Shown here piece by piece: positions 15,622-23,784 of a stretch of 37,497 bases of DNA; the stretch's first letter is position 1; every line of letters begins with the position of its first letter. This DNA comes from a virus (Duplodnaviria > Heunggongvirae > Uroviricota > Caudoviricetes), in IMG/VR virus record IMGVR_UViG_3300008107_000053, one strand, 5' to 3'. Both the position numbers and the translations under genes were made by a program. The notes beneath the pieces were generated by a model, which made no database searches, was not told where the DNA came from, and saw nothing but the letters and a program-made list of their open reading frames with translations.

Positions 15622-15810
15622 ATGAAATTTTTAGTAGCAACAATGGCTTTAGTTTTCGCTAGCACTACCTTTGCAGCTGAACCTGCCAAAGCACCTGCAA
15701 AGAAACCTGTAGCAGAAAAGAAGTGCGATCCGCTGAAACAAAAAGACTGTAAAAAAGCAGAACCTTCTGCTAATAAGCCAGTTCCTAAAAAGAAGGCAGA
15801 GCCTAAATAA
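15622..15810 (+). CDS. small secreted Lys/Pro/Ala-rich protein
   Basis: AGGAG RBS; Sec signal MKFLVATMALVFASTTFA-A; PAK repeats. Confidence 0.8.
   Translation: MKFLVATMALVFASTTFAAEPAKAPAKKPVAEKKCDPLKQKDCKKAEPSANKPVPKKKAEPK
15803..15809 (+). promoter_or_regulatory. putative late promoter (CTAAATA)
   Basis: Late consensus variant ahead of a structured 150-nt leader. Confidence 0.45.
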
Positions 15811-15964
15811 TAGGAGGCTTGGTCAGAGCCTATAATCTGACCAGTCACCACCCTGCATCCCTTGATACTCTGTAAAGTATCATATCTTAATTTTAATACC
15901 CCAGACTATTGGCAAGTCTATCTGAAGCAGAAGTGGGAATAACTCACTTCAAAAGGAGAGATCT

Positions 15965-16534
15965 ATGCAAAAAGAAAAGAAGTATCTATTATTTCAAATT
16001 TTAGTTGCAGTGTTTAGTATTTGCGTTATGCTTTACACAGCTAAAACTATTGGTTCCTTAGAACCAAGATTGCTTAATGTTGATTACTCAGAATTAACAC
16101 CATCTGCCAAGAAGCAAATTGACTGTCTTGCAGATAACATATATTATGAATCGGCGTATGAACCACAATCGGGTCAAGTAGCTGTTGCTCTGGTAACGTT
16201 AAATAGAGTTAACCATCCTGCATTTCCAAAAGACGTGTGTGGAGTTGTCAAGCAGAAAACAAATTCTACTTGTCAATTTTCTTGGTTCTGTATGAACGTA
16301 CCACGTAAAAACAGTGCAGTATACGAAGAAGTTAGAAAAGTAGCTCTTCATGTCTACTCAAACTATGAAAACATAGTAGACATAACAAAGGGCTCTTTGT
16401 ACTACCATGCAGATTATGTAAACCCAGGATGGAAATTACATAAGACTGTTGTTATTGGACGCCATATATTTTATAAAGGTAATGAACATGATGCAAAAAC
16501 TCAATCTTCAACTAAAGGAAGAACAGAATTCTAA
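15965..16534 (+). CDS. SleB-like cell wall hydrolase (Hydrolase_2) with N-terminal anchor
   Basis: CLADNIYYES, VALVTLNRV, FPKDVCGVV, CQFSW, YYHADYVNPGW, IGRHIFY. Confidence 0.92.
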   Translation: MQKEKKYLLFQILVAVFSICVMLYTAKTIGSLEPRLLNVDYSELTPSAKKQIDCLADNIYYESAYEPQSGQVAVALVTLNRVNHPAFPKDVCGVVKQKTNSTCQFSWFCMNVPRKNSAVYEEVRKVALHVYSNYENIVDITKGSLYYHADYVNPGWKLHKTVVIGRHIFYKGNEHDAKTQSSTKGRTEF

Positions 16535-17048
16535 ACATTCTTTCTTCTTGTTAATGGAAGATATTACGTTAGAATCTTGTAAGAGTGCGGTTGAGTGGAT
16601 CTTCGAATGTAATTTTGGAGAACAACGACCTGATATGTTAAATTTGGTTATCTGCTCTCCAGGTGGAGATCTTAATGCTGCGTTTGCATTAGTTGATACT
16701 ATGCGTGGCTCTGCCATTCCTATTAGAACTATTGGTCTTGGACAAATTGCTTCTGCTGGATTGATGATTTTCATCTCTGGCGATAAGGGTCAACGAATTC
16801 TAACACCAAATACTTCTATTCTTTCTCATCAATACTCATGGGGTGCTTTTGGTAAGGAACATGAATTGTTTGCGCAGATTAAAGAATTTGACTTAACCAC
16901 TAAACGAATGATTTCTCACTACAAGAAATGTACGGGATTGACGGATGCTAAGATTAGAGAAGTTCTATTGCCTCCTCAAGATGTTTGGCTTAGTGCTATT
17001 GAAGCAAAGAAACTAGGATTATGCGATGATGTTAAAGAACTATCTTAA
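16488..17048 (+). CDS. clpP: ClpP-like serine protease
   Basis: CSPGG, IASAG (Ser), LSHQ (His), QDVWLSAIEA (Asp); start moved to the ATG behind the AAAGGT RBS. Confidence 0.9.
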   Translation: MMQKLNLQLKEEQNSKHSFFLLMEDITLESCKSAVEWIFECNFGEQRPDMLNLVICSPGGDLNAAFALVDTMRGSAIPIRTIGLGQIASAGLMIFISGDKGQRILTPNTSILSHQYSWGAFGKEHELFAQIKEFDLTTKRMISHYKKCTGLTDAKIREVLLPPQDVWLSAIEAKKLGLCDDVKELS

Positions 17049-17208
17049 GCATTCTGGAATATGGATTGGGCTTGTTGTTAACCCATTCCATTGGGAAGTT
17101 CGTTTTACTACGATACAACCCGATGACCTGAACCCAAAAGCACATGGGTTCTTTTTGTCTCTTGGTCCATTTTGGACAAGAGTTGTTATTGATGATGGAG
17201 AATGGTAA
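17026..17208 (+). CDS. small hypothetical protein
   Basis: Coupled 60-aa ORF, NPFHW motif. Confidence 0.65.
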   Translation: MMLKNYLKHSGIWIGLVVNPFHWEVRFTTIQPDDLNPKAHGFFLSLGPFWTRVVIDDGEW

Positions 17209-17423
17209 TTATGGAAAAAGATATGATCGCGTTTTGGCTTTGTTTGTGTTTGACAGTGATGACGTTAATTGGTTGCACTGCCTATTACAATTACAATCAG
17301 ACGCAAGCAATTAGGGCTAATATTGAGGTTGCTCTCGGGAAAGGAATCGATCCTCTTTCTGTTCGCTGCGCATACTCGAACAGCCAAGACACTGTTTGCA
17401 TAGCCTACGCTGCAAGAAAGTAA
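17202..17423 (+). CDS. small membrane protein
   Basis: GGAG RBS; one TM helix; GIDPLSVRCAY...C motif. Confidence 0.75.
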   Translation: MVIMEKDMIAFWLCLCLTVMTLIGCTAYYNYNQTQAIRANIEVALGKGIDPLSVRCAYSNSQDTVCIAYAARK

Positions 17424-17434
17424 TCCTTACGTAT

Positions 17435-17454
17435 ACCCCTACTGATGTAGGGGT
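17435..17454 (+). terminator. 8-bp hairpin, possible terminator or insulator ahead of the next promoter
   Basis: ACCCCTAC-TGAT-GTAGGGGT; only a weak U-tract follows. Confidence 0.5.
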
Positions 17455-17468
17455 CATTAATTTAGATG

Positions 17469-17497
17469 TTGACTTTTATTCCCTTTTAGGGTATAAT
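17469..17497 (+). promoter_or_regulatory. sigma70-type promoter, likely producing a leaderless mRNA
   Basis: TTGACT-17 nt-TATAAT; ATG at 17504. Confidence 0.8.
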
Positions 17498-17503
17498 AAG
17501 TTT

Positions 17504-17836
17504 ATGATGATCTTTACTACTCCAGGTAAGTCCAAGAAACGTAAACAAACAGCAAAGCAGCGTGAGTTGCAAGCTGAGTGGGATCGTATGCTTGATAAGT
17601 ATAAACCCAAGAAAGTTGTAGCACCTGCAACTGAGTATAAACAACCAAAACCTTACATCCGTGAAACAGCTAAGATTCCAAGTCTTAATTCTGTAGGCGG
17701 TAGTACTGCTCTAAAACCTTCTCCTGTTTACACTGGAGATAAACTCATGGGTATCGGGACTATGCACAAGTCCAATTCTGTACCAATTTTTTCAAACCAA
17801 GAAGCTAAGGAAATCGCTACAATGCGAAGAGGATAA
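17504..17836 (+). CDS. conserved T4-like basic hypothetical protein
   Basis: YTGDKLMGIGTMHKSNSVPIF motif; start moved downstream of the promoter. Confidence 0.8.
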   Translation: MMIFTTPGKSKKRKQTAKQRELQAEWDRMLDKYKPKKVVAPATEYKQPKPYIRETAKIPSLNSVGGSTALKPSPVYTGDKLMGIGTMHKSNSVPIFSNQEAKEIATMRRG

Positions 17837-17837
17837 A

Positions 17838-18104
17838 ATGCACACATCTTATAATGAACTTGTTAATGCATCGACTTATGGTGACACCAATAAACTTGTT
17901 AGTTTATATCAGTCACTTGTTGTTGATAAAATGCGGCTTGATAAATTCTTCAGTATGTTTTTGGATAAGTTTTCCGACAAGATGGATCCAAAGGTCACTA
18001 ACACCAACATCTGGAAACTTTACAATAAGAAAACCAAAGAGTATGCTGACTTGGAACAAGTCATTAAGGCAGCTGAGTATTACCTAAAGAAGAATCATGT
18101 TTAA
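17838..18104 (+). CDS. hypothetical protein
   Basis: GAGG RBS; overlaps the gp33 start. Confidence 0.75.
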   Translation: MHTSYNELVNASTYGDTNKLVSLYQSLVVDKMRLDKFFSMFLDKFSDKMDPKVTNTNIWKLYNKKTKEYADLEQVIKAAEYYLKKNHV

Positions 18105-18312
18105 AACATCCAACGAATTTTCTTTACACATTGAGCAGCTAGTTCAAGAACGCAGATTGAATCATATGGATGCTGTGTTGGAATATTGCAAAGATAACTA
18201 TCTTGAACCTGCTGATGTTTCCAAGTTGATCAATAAGTCTCTTAAAGATAAGATTGAGATGAATTTTCGAGAAATGAATTACTTACCTAAACAGGCACAA
18301 CTAGATGTCTAA
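18097..18312 (+). CDS. gp33: late promoter transcription co-activator
   Basis: FSLHIE...MDAVLEYC...KLINKSLKDKIE...NYLPK; adjacent to gp59 and gp32. Confidence 0.9.
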   Translation: MFKTSNEFSLHIEQLVQERRLNHMDAVLEYCKDNYLEPADVSKLINKSLKDKIEMNFREMNYLPKQAQLDV

Positions 18313-18493
18313 GTACTTTTGGTTATTTGCTCCAATTGTTTTGGGCGTCATTATGTATGGTGCTTTATTCTTCGTTATTATGAGCCAAGAAAATAGAACT
18401 GTTCGATATGATTGTTCAATTGCAGAATTTGCTCCTGATTTCCCACCACAAGTAAAAGAAGAATGTAGGAAGAAAAGAAGTGGACGGATTTAA
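18305..18493 (+). CDS. small membrane protein
   Basis: N-terminal TM helix; YDCSIAEFAPDFP...EC. Confidence 0.7.
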   Translation: MSKYFWLFAPIVLGVIMYGALFFVIMSQENRTVRYDCSIAEFAPDFPPQVKEECRKKRSGRI

Positions 18494-19094
18494 AGCATAC
18501 AAATATTACATTGCAATTAAGTTGCATTTCTCCAAGGATAACTTTGATGTTTTTAAAAATCGTGGGGCTGTTAAAGGTACTCGTGAAGCATTTAATGCTA
18601 GGAATGATAGATATATTTTCGAAAAGCTGGCTCGTAAATACCCAGTTGACAAAGACATTATCCAATACTTCGTCGCAAACTTTGCCTACGGTAGTGACTC
18701 TGTTGTCTATTCGCAAGATGATGCAGAATCAAACCTTATCGAATGGACACGCAGAAAAGAATCAATCACAAAGATATTCTCTGATGATTGCAGCACTATC
18801 CTTATGGATGCTTACAAGAAAAAGCTCAAAGAAAGTTCTGTGAAAAACTTTACTTTTAATCAATATCCAAGTATACTTACACTGTACCTCGGAAAACAGA
18901 TATCGTTAGAAACATTGAGAATCATAGATGACTTTGAACCTGTTATTGAAACGTGGAAGAGTAATTCTTCTATGATATTGTTATGGGAAAATGAGATCCG
19001 CAGAGTTGATAAATCTCGCGGTTTTGTAAAGTATGATTCGCAAAAAGTGCAATCAATCTATCAATCTTTTAAAGAGGAACTCGCAGAGTTGTAA
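18480..19094 (+). CDS. gp59: helicase loader
   Basis: YKYYIAIKLHF...FDVFK, RNDRYIFEKL; synteny with gp33 and gp32. Confidence 0.88.
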   Translation: MDGFKAYKYYIAIKLHFSKDNFDVFKNRGAVKGTREAFNARNDRYIFEKLARKYPVDKDIIQYFVANFAYGSDSVVYSQDDAESNLIEWTRRKESITKIFSDDCSTILMDAYKKKLKESSVKNFTFNQYPSILTLYLGKQISLETLRIIDDFEPVIETWKSNSSMILLWENEIRRVDKSRGFVKYDSQKVQSIYQSFKEELAEL

Positions 19095-19097
19095 TAT

Positions 19098-19310
19098 ATG
19101 GGCAAGACCTATAAAAAGAATCCGTCAGATGACTATTCTGGTGGTAATTCAGGAAAACCAAAGAAGCATGTCAGTGGTAAAAAAACTGGTGGTATGCGAA
19201 CGATAAATAGTTATGTTGAAGAAGATTATGATTTTGATGACGATAGCTTCAATGATGAGATCGAGATTCATGATGATATACAAATTCAACATACTAAAAA
19301 TACACGTTAA
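19098..19310 (+). CDS. small charged hypothetical protein
   Basis: Basic N-terminus and acidic C-terminus; fills the gap. Confidence 0.65.
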   Translation: MGKTYKKNPSDDYSGGNSGKPKKHVSGKKTGGMRTINSYVEEDYDFDDDSFNDEIEIHDDIQIQHTKNTR

Positions 19311-19336
19311 TACATTTAATACAAGGAAATACTAAA
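19278..19336 (+). promoter_or_regulatory. putative gp32 autogenous translational operator (ATAC repeats)
   Basis: Six ATAC/AATAC units in an unstructured A/T-rich leader. Confidence 0.45.
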
Positions 19337-20251
19337 ATGGATATTCAATCACTACGCAAAATGCGCAACTCTGACTTCGGTGCTATCACTAGCGCATTCG
19401 AAAAAGTTGCCAATCCCCAACAAGACTCTAAGTCTTATCAAGACAATCGTTTTTGGCGTCTCGAAGGCGACAAGGCAGGCAATGGTACTGCAACGATTCG
19501 TTTCCTCCCTCGAGTAGAAGGTGATGAACTCCCATGGGTTCGTATCTTCAGCCACGGATTCCAAGGTCCGACTGGCAAGTGGTATCTGGAAAACTCCCTG
19601 ACCACTCTTGGTGAGAATGATCCAGTTAGCGATCTAAACACCAAACTGTGGAACTCTGGTTCTGAAGCAAACAAAGAAATTGTACGTAAGCAAAAGCGCA
19701 AGCTGGGATTTACTGCAAACATCTTGGTTGTATCTGATCCAAAGCATCCAGAGAATGAAGGTAAGGTATTCTTGTTCCGTTTCGGCAAGAAAGTCTTTGA
19801 CAAGATCATGGACAAAGCACGTCCTACTTTCGAGGATGAAAAGCCTTTGAACGTATTTGATCTGTGGGAAGGTGCGAACTTCAAACTGCGTATGCGTAAG
19901 AAGGATGGCTACTCAAACTATGATGAGTCTGCATTCATGGAGCCATCTGCAGTATCTGATAATGAAGACACTCTGTTGAGCATCGTTAACTCTCAACACA
20001 AGTTGTCTGAGTTTCTTGATCGTAAAAACTTCAAGCCTTACGATGAACTTAAGAAGAAGTTGGATCAGGTATTGTCTGGAGATTCTTTCTCTGGAAAGTC
20101 CGCTGCAGAAATGGCAGAAGAAGAAGATCGTCCATCTGCGCCAGCGTTTGTACCAAAGGCATCAAAGCCTGCACCGCAAGCTAAGTCTGCTGATGCAGAC
20201 GATGATGAAGACGTTATGTCTTACTTCAAGAAAATTGCCGCTGAGCAATAA
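19337..20251 (+). CDS. gp32: single-stranded DNA-binding protein
   Basis: IRFLP, PWVRIFSHGFQGPTGKWYLENSLTTLG, FGKKVFDKI, GANFKL, acidic tail. Confidence 0.97.
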   Translation: MDIQSLRKMRNSDFGAITSAFEKVANPQQDSKSYQDNRFWRLEGDKAGNGTATIRFLPRVEGDELPWVRIFSHGFQGPTGKWYLENSLTTLGENDPVSDLNTKLWNSGSEANKEIVRKQKRKLGFTANILVVSDPKHPENEGKVFLFRFGKKVFDKIMDKARPTFEDEKPLNVFDLWEGANFKLRMRKKDGYSNYDESAFMEPSAVSDNEDTLLSIVNSQHKLSEFLDRKNFKPYDELKKKLDQVLSGDSFSGKSAAEMAEEEDRPSAPAFVPKASKPAPQAKSADADDDEDVMSYFKKIAAEQ

Positions 20252-20253
20252 AG

Positions 20254-20279
20254 AAAAGGGAGCTTCGGCTCCCTTTTTT
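20254..20279. terminator. bidirectional intrinsic terminator
   Basis: AAAA-GGGAGC-TTCG-GCTCCC-TTTTTT between convergent genes; C(UUCG)G tetraloop. Confidence 0.92.
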
Positions 20280-22455
20280 AATAAGCGTATCTAGAGTTTA
20301 CGTAGTTTGTTAAACTAGGATCCGTATTTCTAGTTGGCATTTTGGTCACTTGCGTAGTGTTGTTGTTAACGTTAGTGGTTGGAGCTACAACAGTATTAAC
20401 AGATCCACCAGCAGGTTTCTGTGCAGCGCCAGCATTGTCAGCAGACTTATTGTATACTGCACCGCCAGCTTTTGATGGTTCAACTGCAGCTAGTTCTGTA
20501 GCTTTGGCGAGACCAAAGTCTACCTTACGCTTGTCTAAGAAGCCAAGTTTCTGATATGCGTCATCTTCTTTAACGATCTCAGCAACTTTATCAGCAGACC
20601 CACCTTCTTTTGCATTAGCTTTAATTTTGTTAAATGCACGCTTTGAAATTTCTCTTTCACCATCTGCTCCAGCAGCATCTCCAGTGAGAAATGATTTTCC
20701 AGTCTTAGGATCAAATTGAGCAAAGTTATCTGTGAAGGTTGATTTACCGTTTACAGTTTTTTCACCCACAGATAAAACGTTGGTTTTATCTTCGCCGTAT
20801 CTAATACTACCATCTTTATTTTTGTAAGCAGTTTTACCACTTGTTACGATGTTTTGATTGAATGAATCTTTTTCACCACCAGCAGAAGATGATGATGACA
20901 TCTCTTTATTCGATGCTACACGGTTTGTTCCTTGTTCTGGTCTGAATGGATAGAACGGACCAATAGAAACTTTCTTATTGATAACTGGGATAGTGAAACC
21001 GATCTCAGGAATACCAAAGTCTTCTAAGAATCCAAATACCTGCTCTTTAATCTTCTTAAAGAAATCTGCTACTGGAGCAAAGAACTCTTTAACTGGATTG
21101 ATGATATACTCAGTGAACAGGTTACCGATATACTCAAAAGCACCAAGGATAGGTTCTTTGATGTACTTGTCGAATGACTCACCCAAGAATCCAATGAAAT
21201 TCTTTATTGGTTCGATAACATACTCATCTACGAATCCACTTACGGCACCTACTATGTTCTTGATGGTATCTGCATCAAACAAGCCAAATGATAAGAATTC
21301 AAGGACACCGCCTAATCCAGCAATGATAACATCAGAGAATGAGCCACCTTCTATAAATGCATTCCATCCATCCATGATGCCGTTGATGATACCACCAATT
21401 AGCATGGCAGGAGCTAAGAACTTAGTTAAGAACTTTAATAACACAGCTGGATTGAATAGTGCTTTAAATGCAGTCATTAGAGACTTACCCAGCATGCCCA
21501 TTATTCCACCTAGGAATCCTCCACCTGAACCTTCTTCCGCTCTTTTTTTCGTGGCAGCCAGGCTTTTGTCACGAGTATTTTCTTCAATACTACGCAGCAG
21601 TTCTGTTTGTTCGTTCATCAAACGAGAATTTTCAAGTTCGTTTTCAGATAAATCTGCTTCAGCGGCTAGCTTTTTAGTATTGGACTTGACTAGTGGACCT
21701 TCTTTTTCAGTTTCTTTACTAGGGCGAACTCGTGTATCTGATTTGATTAGTTGTTCAGCTAGTACACCACGTTCTTTGAATGCATCAGATCTTTTTATTT
21801 GAGTATCTTTGAATCCTAGCTCTTCATAACCTTTTATTACAGACTCATTCTTTCTCATCTTTCGTTGAGTATCCTGCTGCTCATCGAACTGACGTGCAAA
21901 AGTCTTTTCATCGCCAAAGGTAGTTCCCTTTGTTTCCATTCTCGCCTTGATATACTTTTGTTTTTCTTCACGACGATCTAGAGCATCAGAGAAAATCCCA
22001 CCAGTACCACGTTTAACGATTCCTGTTTTATCTAAGAATCCACGAACAGAGAAAAAGTCTTTTAGCTGATCCTTGACACCTTCTACACGTTCACCAACAC
22101 CACGGTATGTTCTTCTTCCCATTGCTTCACCAGTTATTGATTTAGCTTGATCTGCAGTCAATGCAGATTTTGGTGTTTTTGCCTTACCCGTTTCTGGTAG
22201 TGCTTTTGCTGTATTCTTTTTAATCCAGTCAGCCAGTTTGATAACGTTACTGTTTAGTTTACCTTTGTCCCCAAGAGTATCTTTTAAAGTTTTATCAATC
22301 TTTTTAAGATTGACATTCATCTCTTCATTCTGCTTGATCTCACTAGCAATAGAAGAATTGTTGCGGCTAGCATTTAATTTATATACATTATCTTGGTTGT
22401 TCAGCACCTCAAGTTTTTTTAAATGCTCTGCTTGCTTGACTGTTATGTTCTTCAT
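20278..22455 (-). CDS. tape measure/tail length determinator (gp29-like)
   Basis: 725 aa; helical charged regions flank a central Gly/hydrophobic segment; lies directly after gp26/gp51. Confidence 0.7.
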   Translation of the reverse strand: MKNITVKQAEHLKKLEVLNNQDNVYKLNASRNNSSIASEIKQNEEMNVNLKKIDKTLKDTLGDKGKLNSNVIKLADWIKKNTAKALPETGKAKTPKSALTADQAKSITGEAMGRRTYRGVGERVEGVKDQLKDFFSVRGFLDKTGIVKRGTGGIFSDALDRREEKQKYIKARMETKGTTFGDEKTFARQFDEQQDTQRKMRKNESVIKGYEELGFKDTQIKRSDAFKERGVLAEQLIKSDTRVRPSKETEKEGPLVKSNTKKLAAEADLSENELENSRLMNEQTELLRSIEENTRDKSLAATKKRAEEGSGGGFLGGIMGMLGKSLMTAFKALFNPAVLLKFLTKFLAPAMLIGGIINGIMDGWNAFIEGGSFSDVIIAGLGGVLEFLSFGLFDADTIKNIVGAVSGFVDEYVIEPIKNFIGFLGESFDKYIKEPILGAFEYIGNLFTEYIINPVKEFFAPVADFFKKIKEQVFGFLEDFGIPEIGFTIPVINKKVSIGPFYPFRPEQGTNRVASNKEMSSSSSAGGEKDSFNQNIVTSGKTAYKNKDGSIRYGEDKTNVLSVGEKTVNGKSTFTDNFAQFDPKTGKSFLTGDAAGADGEREISKRAFNKIKANAKEGGSADKVAEIVKEDDAYQKLGFLDKRKVDFGLAKATELAAVEPSKAGGAVYNKSADNAGAAQKPAGGSVNTVVAPTTNVNNNTTQVTKMPTRNTDPSLTNYVNSRYAY

Positions 22456-22637
22456 TAGGTTTTACTCTCTAATCTTTGTTTTTCTTCTTCTAGGAATTGG
22501 ATCAGCATAGCAATGTAAATTTCGCGCTCGAATGGCATCATGTCTTCGATATCAGCTAAAGAGTACTTGTGATATTGCATAAGTGCGAAATTTAGCTTGT
22601 AAAAATTATGAAGACTCTCGTGTCCGAGCGATATCAA
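22455..22637 (-). CDS. gp51: gp51-like baseplate hub assembly catalyst (small C-domain; may be expressed by -1 frameshift)
   Basis: YKLNFALMQYHKYSLADIEDMMPFEREIY motif; only a TTG start. Confidence 0.85.
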   Translation of the reverse strand: MISLGHESLHNFYKLNFALMQYHKYSLADIEDMMPFEREIYIAMLIQFLEEEKQRLESKT

Positions 22638-23365
22638 AAAAAACTTTCAAGCCCTTCCATTGAAACTTCATGATGCTTGCCACAAACTGGGCAATTATAT
22701 TCTACCATATGTGATAATTTCGGTAGCGTCTCAAAGAATGCTTGAACCCTTTTAAACTGTTCCGAAGATAGATTTTCAATAAAGTCTATCAACTCTTGTT
22801 TTGTTTGCTCTTTTGCATGGTACACTTCACTTGAATCGTAGATATAGTCAATGCATTCTAGCACAATGCTAAAGACAGATTCGACTTCTTGCTCTACGAT
22901 GGCATCAATTGATTCTAGTTTCTTTAGAATGTCAATTGACGGATACTTCATAACGATTCCAACATCATCAAACAATGGAATTTTATTTGTGTGATTTTCG
23001 TTTATCGTTACAGCTAACTTGGTTAAGTCCACGTTAACCTTTACTTTAGCCAACTTATCTTTTTCGCCGTGGTCTTCATCGCACGACATAATAAGTTCTA
23101 CGATTTCACCAACTGATCTTGCACGCAGCTGGGTAAAAATGTATTCAAGATCAAAGATAGCTAGTTTGTCTACTTCAATAGGATCCTTGACGCATGACTT
23201 GATTACAGACTTTAGCGTGTCTACCATTACCTTTGAATCTTCACTTTGTTGGGCAATCAGTAGTGCTTTTTCTTCCCTAACTACAAATGGTCTAAATCTA
23301 ACATTTTGATTCGTGGAAGGAATTGTAAGGTTGTAAATGGGTGTGTTGTTTAATGGTAATGCCAT
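22634..23365 (-). CDS. gp26: baseplate hub subunit/assembly chaperone
   Basis: MALP...RFRPFVVREEKALL, FDLEYIFTQLRARSVGE, MKYPS, CPVCG...LESFF. Confidence 0.9.
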   Translation of the reverse strand: MALPLNNTPIYNLTIPSTNQNVRFRPFVVREEKALLIAQQSEDSKVMVDTLKSVIKSCVKDPIEVDKLAIFDLEYIFTQLRARSVGEIVELIMSCDEDHGEKDKLAKVKVNVDLTKLAVTINENHTNKIPLFDDVGIVMKYPSIDILKKLESIDAIVEQEVESVFSIVLECIDYIYDSSEVYHAKEQTKQELIDFIENLSSEQFKRVQAFFETLPKLSHMVEYNCPVCGKHHEVSMEGLESFF

Positions 23366-23369
23366 AATG

Positions 23370-23783
23370 TTATTCTCCTTTAGCCATATTCTTGATCATT
23401 TTACTCAATTCAGATGTGCTACCTACAAAGATAGCGTTATTGTTTGTCACATTTTTTGCTGCTTCTGCCTTTGACGGAGCATCTAGCTTTTGTTTCTGCT
23501 GATGTATATCCAACAACTGCTGGTTGACATCAGCTAGTTGCTTCATCAAATTACCAACAACTTCAAATGCTCTTGGGTGCTCGCTTTGTTTAGCAACATC
23601 AAGAGCATAATTAAGAGCTTCTTGCCCCTTTATCAAAAGTTCATGTAGATTAGTTCTGGACTTATCATAATCAGATTCAATCTTGTCATTAACTTGCAAT
23701 GATGTAGTTGCATCAATAACTAATGGAACCGTAGTTGTAGGTTCCAAATCAAACACCTCAGATAATCTATCATCAATTTTCAT
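23370..23783 (-). CDS. gp16: terminase small subunit
   Basis: DYDKSR, EHPRAFEV, NNAIFVGSTSEL motifs. Confidence 0.88.
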   Translation of the reverse strand: MKIDDRLSEVFDLEPTTTVPLVIDATTSLQVNDKIESDYDKSRTNLHELLIKGQEALNYALDVAKQSEHPRAFEVVGNLMKQLADVNQQLLDIHQQKQKLDAPSKAEAAKNVTNNNAIFVGSTSELSKMIKNMAKGE

Positions 23784-23784
23784 G

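Noticed and set aside
20978-21802. 274-aa antisense ORF inside the tape measure gene
   Set aside because: No RBS and no recognisable motifs; typical shadow frame of a biased-codon gene.
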